Shown in pieces: positions 52,086 through 56,679 of a stretch of 56,679 bases of DNA. Within the stretch, counting starts at the first letter, position 1; the number at the start of each line of letters is the position of its first letter. Below the pieces are notes generated by a model. That model saw only the letters and a list, made by a program, of their open reading frames with translations, was not told the origin of the DNA and did not search any database. Where the stretch lies: NCBI GenBank assembly GCA_944388755.1, contig CALXJY010000006.1, positions 1-56,679 on the forward strand, written 5' to 3'. The DNA comes from an uncultured Clostridia bacterium. Its GTDB lineage: Bacteria; Bacillota; Clostridia; TANB77; CAG-508. Position numbers and translations under genes: made by a program.

Positions 52086-53546
52086 TTATATATTTTTTAT
52101 ATTTTTCTTTTTAAATATTATAAATGTTGGTATTATCATTATAAAGAAATATATTATGCAAATAAATAGTGAAAATATTGGTGTTAATCCTTCCATTAGT
52201 GGCATACTTCCAAATAAATATTGGCTGAAGTCCCAATTTAATGTTACAAAATATTTTAAGAATCCTATGTTATATTGTATAGCAAGCTGATTTATTATAG
52301 TCGTTCCCATATAACCAAGTAATGGTATAACTATTGCTACTGGTGAATTTGTAAAAATTGTGCTTAATGCAAAAGATAATGTTGCTAATAGTATTATAAT
52401 TGGTAGTTGTGAAATTATTTGTATTCCCAAATATACAAATATATTTAATTCTTGTAACACATTTGTATTATAATTATATTCTAGTATAGGTATTGATAAA
52501 CTATCTAGTCCAAATATTATTCCTCCAACAATTAATTCCATTCCTAATATTGCAACAATTGAAAATGCTATCATTATTAGTACTGTTATAAATTTTGATA
52601 ATAATATTTTGGTTCTACTATGTGGTTTTATTAATAATAATTTTATTGTTCCTTTATTAAATTCTTCGCTTACAATTGTTCCTGCTATCATTACACTTAT
52701 TACTATTATAAATAAACCAAATTCGTTAAAGAAACGTGAAAGTATTCCCCTTAAATCATTTCCTTTGTTTATGTCTACATGGTTTTCTATTATATATTTG
52801 CTGATTTCTTTTTCTTTTATGCTTGTTTTATAATTTTTTTCTTCCTGATATGTTAATTTTTTATCTGATGTTTCTGTTTGTGCTATAATATAACTTTGTT
52901 CTTGGTAATTTGCTAGTGCATTATTCATAAAATCATTTCCATATTTTATATTCTCTTCCACCCTATATTTTGCTACTTCTACATCAATTTCTGCTGTTTT
53001 CATTTCTGATTTTATTTCTTCTAATCTTTGTTTGTCTTCAGTCGTATTTTTTTCTTCTTCTAATTTTTTTAGTTTTTCTTCCGATTTTTGTAATTCTTCA
53101 TTTGCAAAATATTTCCAATCATCATTTTTTAGTCTATTTAATAAATTATTTATTTGTTCATTTATCTTATTTGCTTGTTCTTCATTTTTTTCTGCTCCAT
53201 ATAAGTATGTGTTTCTTTCATTTATATAGCTTTCTATTGTAGATGAAATTATTTGTATTTGCCAATCATCACTATTATATTGTTTCATAATGTCGCTTAC
53301 ATCTACTACTGTTTTGTATTCTATATACATTTTTGTATCACTTGGTTTGTTTGGATCTAAATTATTTATTGCTTCTTTTGCATACTGGATATATCCATCA
53401 CTATAATATGTATAGCTTGTATTATTATAAAAATATTTATATATACAGTTTGATAAAATTACAAATGCAAGTGTTACCAATAATATTATATATATAGACT
53501 TTTTCTTAAATATTTTGGTTAATTCATTTTTTACTAAATTATTCAA
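52086..53546 (-). CDS. ABC-2 type transporter permease
   Basis: NELTK, VSEEFNKGTIKLLLIKP.SR.KILLSK, F.KKNI. Confidence 0.88.
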   Translation of the reverse strand: MNNLVKNELTKIFKKKSIYIILLVTLAFVILSNCIYKYFYNNTSYTYYSDGYIQYAKEAINNLDPNKPSDTKMYIEYKTVVDVSDIMKQYNSDDWQIQIISSTIESYINERNTYLYGAEKNEEQANKINEQINNLLNRLKNDDWKYFANEELQKSEEKLKKLEEEKNTTEDKQRLEEIKSEMKTAEIDVEVAKYRVEENIKYGNDFMNNALANYQEQSYIIAQTETSDKKLTYQEEKNYKTSIKEKEISKYIIENHVDINKGNDLRGILSRFFNEFGLFIIVISVMIAGTIVSEEFNKGTIKLLLIKPHSRTKILLSKFITVLIMIAFSIVAILGMELIVGGIIFGLDSLSIPILEYNYNTNVLQELNIFVYLGIQIISQLPIIILLATLSFALSTIFTNSPVAIVIPLLGYMGTTIINQLAIQYNIGFLKYFVTLNWDFSQYLFGSMPLMEGLTPIFSLFICIIYFFIMIIPTFIIFKKKNIKNI

Positions 53547-54448
53547 TTATATTACCTCCCGTTTTTTCAAAAAATGCATCTTCTAATGATTTTTCTTCTT
53601 TTTTTACTTCATAGATATTGATATTACTTTTTACTAATAATTGTATTATTTTTGGTATTTCTTCTTTTTTTGCTTCTATTTTAAATTTGCTTATATCTAT
53701 TATTATTGCATTTGGTAATATTTCTTTTATTTTTTCTGTATTACTTATTTCAAATATATTATAATTTTTTTCTGTTTCTCTTTTTATTTCTGCTATTCCA
53801 CTGGTTTCTACAATTTCTCCATTTTTTATTATGCATATTTTATTACATAGGTTATCTAGTTCTGCTAAATTGTGACTTGATATTAATATTGCCATTTTTT
53901 CTTTTTTTGCTAAATTGATTAATAGCTCTCTCATTTCTTTAATTCCTTCTGGGTCTAGTCCATTTGTAGGTTCGTCTAAAATTAATAAATTTGGTTTATG
54001 TATTATTGCTTGTGCTATTCCCAATCTTTGTCTCATTCCGAAGTGAGTATTTAGATACTTTATCTTTAATTCGATTTTCTAATTTTACTAGTTTTACTAC
54101 TTCATTTATTCTTGTTTCGTCTATTCCTTTGTACATTTTTGTGATTAATTTTAGGTTGTCATATCCTGATAAATACATATATAAATCTGGATTTTCTACT
54201 ATTGCGCCTACTTTACTAATTGCTTTTGTAAACTCTTTCTCTATATCATGTCCATTTATTTCTACTTTTCCTTCAGTTATACTTTGTAATCCCAATATTA
54301 ATTTTATTGTTGTTGTTTTTCCTGCTCCATTTGGTCCTATAAATCCCAATATATCTCCACTGTTTAACTCAAATGAGACATTTTTTAGAATTTGTTTTTT
54401 GCCAAATTTTTTGTACAAATTTTGGCATTTTAAAATTTGCTCTAACAT
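53539..54448 (-). pseudogene. ABC transporter ATP-binding protein split by +1 frameshift at ~54040 (possibly sequencing error)
   Basis: [13 protein letters not shown] / [21 protein letters not shown]; removing one base restores YSLGMRQ. Confidence 0.9.
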
Positions 54449-54595
54449 TTTTTATCCTCCTTTTTCTTTTATTTTAGTTTATCATATATGTATATAAAAT
54501 AGTATTTATTTTTTCTTAATTTTATATGAATTTTTCTTGTATATTTTGTTTTTTTATGTTAATATTTATATATTAAATGTTTAGGAGGGTTCATT

Positions 54596-54748
54596 ATGAA
54601 CAGACAGCAAAGAAGACACAAACATCATCCGCTTCTTCCAATGTTAAATGTATCTAAAAAACGGATTTTAGATACGGAAAAAACTAAGACTTTTTCACAT
54701 GCTAAGGGATACCCTAGTAGAAGAAGAGGAAAATGGAAAGTAATTTAA
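54596..54748 (+). CDS. Small basic hypothetical protein (50 aa), below the ORF-track cutoff
   Basis: AGGAGGG RBS; MNRQQRRHKHHPLLPMLNVSKKRILDTEKTKTFSHAKGYPSRRRGKWKVI*; followed by a terminator. Confidence 0.75.
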   Translation: MNRQQRRHKHHPLLPMLNVSKKRILDTEKTKTFSHAKGYPSRRRGKWKVI

Positions 54749-54755
54749 AGCCTTT

Positions 54756-54786
54756 AAAAAAAGAGAGTTCAATGACTCTCTTTTTT
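54756..54786. terminator. Bidirectional intrinsic terminator
   Basis: AAAAAAAGAGAGT-tcaatg-ACTCTCTTTTTT. Confidence 0.8.
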
Positions 54787-54788
54787 AT

Positions 54789-55562
54789 CTAATTGCATTT
54801 ACTGTCTACATATTCTTTTGCACATTTTCTAATTTCTTCCATTTTTTGCTTTGTGTCTTTGTTTTTATATTCTATTCTGTCTATTAAAATATCTATATAA
54901 TTATTTCCTTTTACATATCGTAATGATATATTAAAATTTAAATCAAATATAAATGCAATAACACATATCCAATAATCAATAATTGTTTTTCTATCTTTTA
55001 ATTTTATAGGCTTGTGTTCCATAAAGTCTTTATATACTTTGTCACTTATTGTTTCGTAATTTATTGTTTTACTATTATATATTCTTGGGAATATATTTTC
55101 AAATTTATCTTCTTGTTTGACTCTGAAATTGTCAAGCTTGTCTGCGTCTCTGATTATTTTGCAATGTAGTAATTCTATTTCGGTTAAGTTATCCTCAATT
55201 TTTAATTTGTTATGGTTGTATATTGCTTTCTCTATTATTTTATCATATTGTTCTTCCTTTATAAATTGTCTTATTAGATTATCTTTAAACAATATTTTTA
55301 CACCAAATTCTGCATGTTCTATTCTTTTGTCACTAAAGTCTTCAAATTGTTTTATTTGTTCAAATCTTCCTATATCATGCAATAAAGCTATTATTTTGGC
55401 AAGTTCTATATTTTCCTTGTCTAATCCTAAATTTGTAGCTATATATTCGCTCATTTTTACTGTTTCATATGTATGTTTTACTTTTAGCGCAATACATCCG
55501 TCACTTGTGTTATAATTTTTTAAGTATTCTTTTAATGCTTTTTTTGCTAGTTCAAAATCCAT
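54789..55562 (-). CDS. HD-domain protein
   Basis: LK..HT, ALLHDIGRFEQ, HA..G, HN, IIRDADKLD. Confidence 0.9.
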   Translation of the reverse strand: MDFELAKKALKEYLKNYNTSDGCIALKVKHTYETVKMSEYIATNLGLDKENIELAKIIALLHDIGRFEQIKQFEDFSDKRIEHAEFGVKILFKDNLIRQFIKEEQYDKIIEKAIYNHNKLKIEDNLTEIELLHCKIIRDADKLDNFRVKQEDKFENIFPRIYNSKTINYETISDKVYKDFMEHKPIKLKDRKTIIDYWICVIAFIFDLNFNISLRYVKGNNYIDILIDRIEYKNKDTKQKMEEIRKCAKEYVDSKCN

Positions 55563-55783
55563 TTTTTGTCCCTGCTTTCATAAATATTTGTCATATAAGT
55601 TATTACTATTATATAATAGCATATATTTTTTGATTTTTCAATATTTATGCGAATAAATATTTGGATGAATTTTACAACTTAAAACTGTTATTTTTTATAG
55701 GTAAAAAGCTTTAAACTTTTAAAAATTTTGCAGTGTATTTTAATTAATAACAACAATATTTATTGTTTTTTAATCTCATTTCC

Positions 55784-56056
55784 TTATCTTTCCTCATTAA
55801 TTGCATAATTTCTGACTTTTTTCATATCCATTTCTAGTAATGGATTTAAGTAACTTCTTTTTGGGTTATTTAATTTTTTTAGTTCTTCTATTGCATTTTC
55901 TTTTTTTAAAAAATGTAATGTTTTAAATTCTCTTTCTAAGTTATTTTCTTTTAAATATTTATAATAACTTTCAAAATATTTTCTCACTTCTTCTGCTGTC
56001 ATTTTTTCTCCAACTATATCTTTCTTGTCAATTCCTCCACCTGTTACTTGTAACAT
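55784..56056 (-). CDS. Hypothetical protein, possibly a 3' gene fragment
   Basis: 90-aa ORF with host-like composition but no clear RBS. Confidence 0.45.
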   Translation of the reverse strand: MLQVTGGGIDKKDIVGEKMTAEEVRKYFESYYKYLKENNLEREFKTLHFLKKENAIEELKKLNNPKRSYLNPLLEMDMKKVRNYAINEER

Positions 56057-56080
56057 GGTTGGTTTTCAATATTTTTGGTC

Positions 56081-56110
56081 AAAAAAAGACCGTTTCCTTT
56101 GAAACGGTTT
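56081..56110 (-). terminator. rRNA/tRNA operon terminator
   Basis: ACCGTTTC-aaag-GAAACGGT then C and T7 on the minus strand. Confidence 0.75.
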
Positions 56111-56194
56111 AAAGTTTTTGTGTTCATCAAACTTTTTATAATCTTGAAATCAAGTTATATCAAGGTTTTCAAAAAGTTCGACGAAAACTCTTTA

Positions 56195-56270
56195 TGGCTC
56201 CTCTTGTTGGACTCGAACCAACGACCTATCGGTTAACAGCCGAGCGCTCTACCAACTGAGCTAAAGAGGA
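56195..56270 (-). tRNA. tRNA-Asn (GTT)
   Basis: TCCTCTT/AAGAGGA acceptor, CTGTTAA anticodon loop, GGTTCGAG, CCA. Confidence 0.97.
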
Positions 56271-56282
56271 ATTTATATTAAA

Positions 56283-56399
56283 TTTGGCAACAACCTATCT
56301 TCCCAGCAGGGTAACCCGCAAGTATTTTCGGCACATTTAGGCTTGACTTCTGTGTTCGGGATGGGAACAGGTATTACCCTAAATGTCATCGTCACCAAA
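56283..56399 (-). rRNA. rrf: 5S rRNA
   Basis: Reverse complement contains ACCTGTTCCCATCCCGAACACAGAAGT..GCCGAAAATACT; terminal helix. Confidence 0.95.
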
Positions 56400-56576
56400 A
56401 AATTATAGACTTTTTAATGTTCTTCTTTGTACTTTGTTATTATACTATATTAAATATAATATTGCAAGTACTTTTTAATATTTTTATTAATTATTTTATA
56501 ATTTACTATTTAAAGCACACTCAAAAATACATAGATGAATATTTTGTAGTTTTAGGTCCATTTCCACAAAATTATA

Positions 56577-56679
56577 GTGGTTAAGCCCTCGATTTATTAG
56601 TTTTGGTCAGCTTAATATATCACTATACTTACACCTCCAACCTATCTACCATGTCGTCTTCATGGAATCTTACTACCTT
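56577..56679 (-). rRNA. rrl: 23S rRNA 3' end (partial, runs off the window)
   Basis: Plus-strand GGTTAAGCCCTCGATTTATTAG..CTTACACCTCCAACCTATCTACC is the complement of the 23S 3' terminus; upstream of 5S. Confidence 0.93.

Noticed and set aside
1266-55515. Numerous 60-170 aa ORFs antisense to long genes (e.g. 3865-4155, 8010-8396, 49432-49905, 53991-54497)
   Set aside because: Shadow frames of well-supported genes with F/S/L/I-rich composition and no RBS.
1-56679. CRISPR array or cas genes
   Set aside because: No regularly spaced repeat-spacer units and no Cas-like ORFs seen; the repeats found are dispersed hairpin mosaics.

Overview
Very AT-rich chromosomal segment from a spore-forming Clostridia-like (Bacillota) bacterium. 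Most genes and the rRNA operon end lie on the minus strand. The housekeeping backbone comprises lexA, ylxM-ffh-rpsP-khpA-rimM-trmD-rplS, secA, guaA, efp, T-box-pheST, smpB, argS, tRNA-Trp, the 23S 3' end-5S-tRNA-Asn, and sporulation genes (ytvI, sspH-like, dacF-like). The strongest finding is a decayed ~3.9 kb tyrosine-integrase element inserted in the SEC-C-coding 3' end of secA. The secA tail occurs twice (19704-19751 and 23610-23657). The two copies share a 7-bp core (CATGTGG) and encode nearly the same peptide, but 12 of the 13 conserved codons after the core are synonymously different. Arm-type repeats occur at both ends, and the cargo is GT4 glycosyltransferase, NUDIX and HAD. An Lsa-type ABC-F gene and a TetR-headed redox operon (membrane-anchored flavodoxin, FGE/DUF4405 chimera, orphan larC) follow. 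Also seen: two families of modular nested-hairpin intergenic repeats with empty and filled versions, a divergent TelA-like gene coupled to a 652-aa unknown protein, an unannotated basic 50-aa ORF, and five +1 frameshifts that may be sequencing errors. All product calls come from motif recognition by eye; no searches were run.
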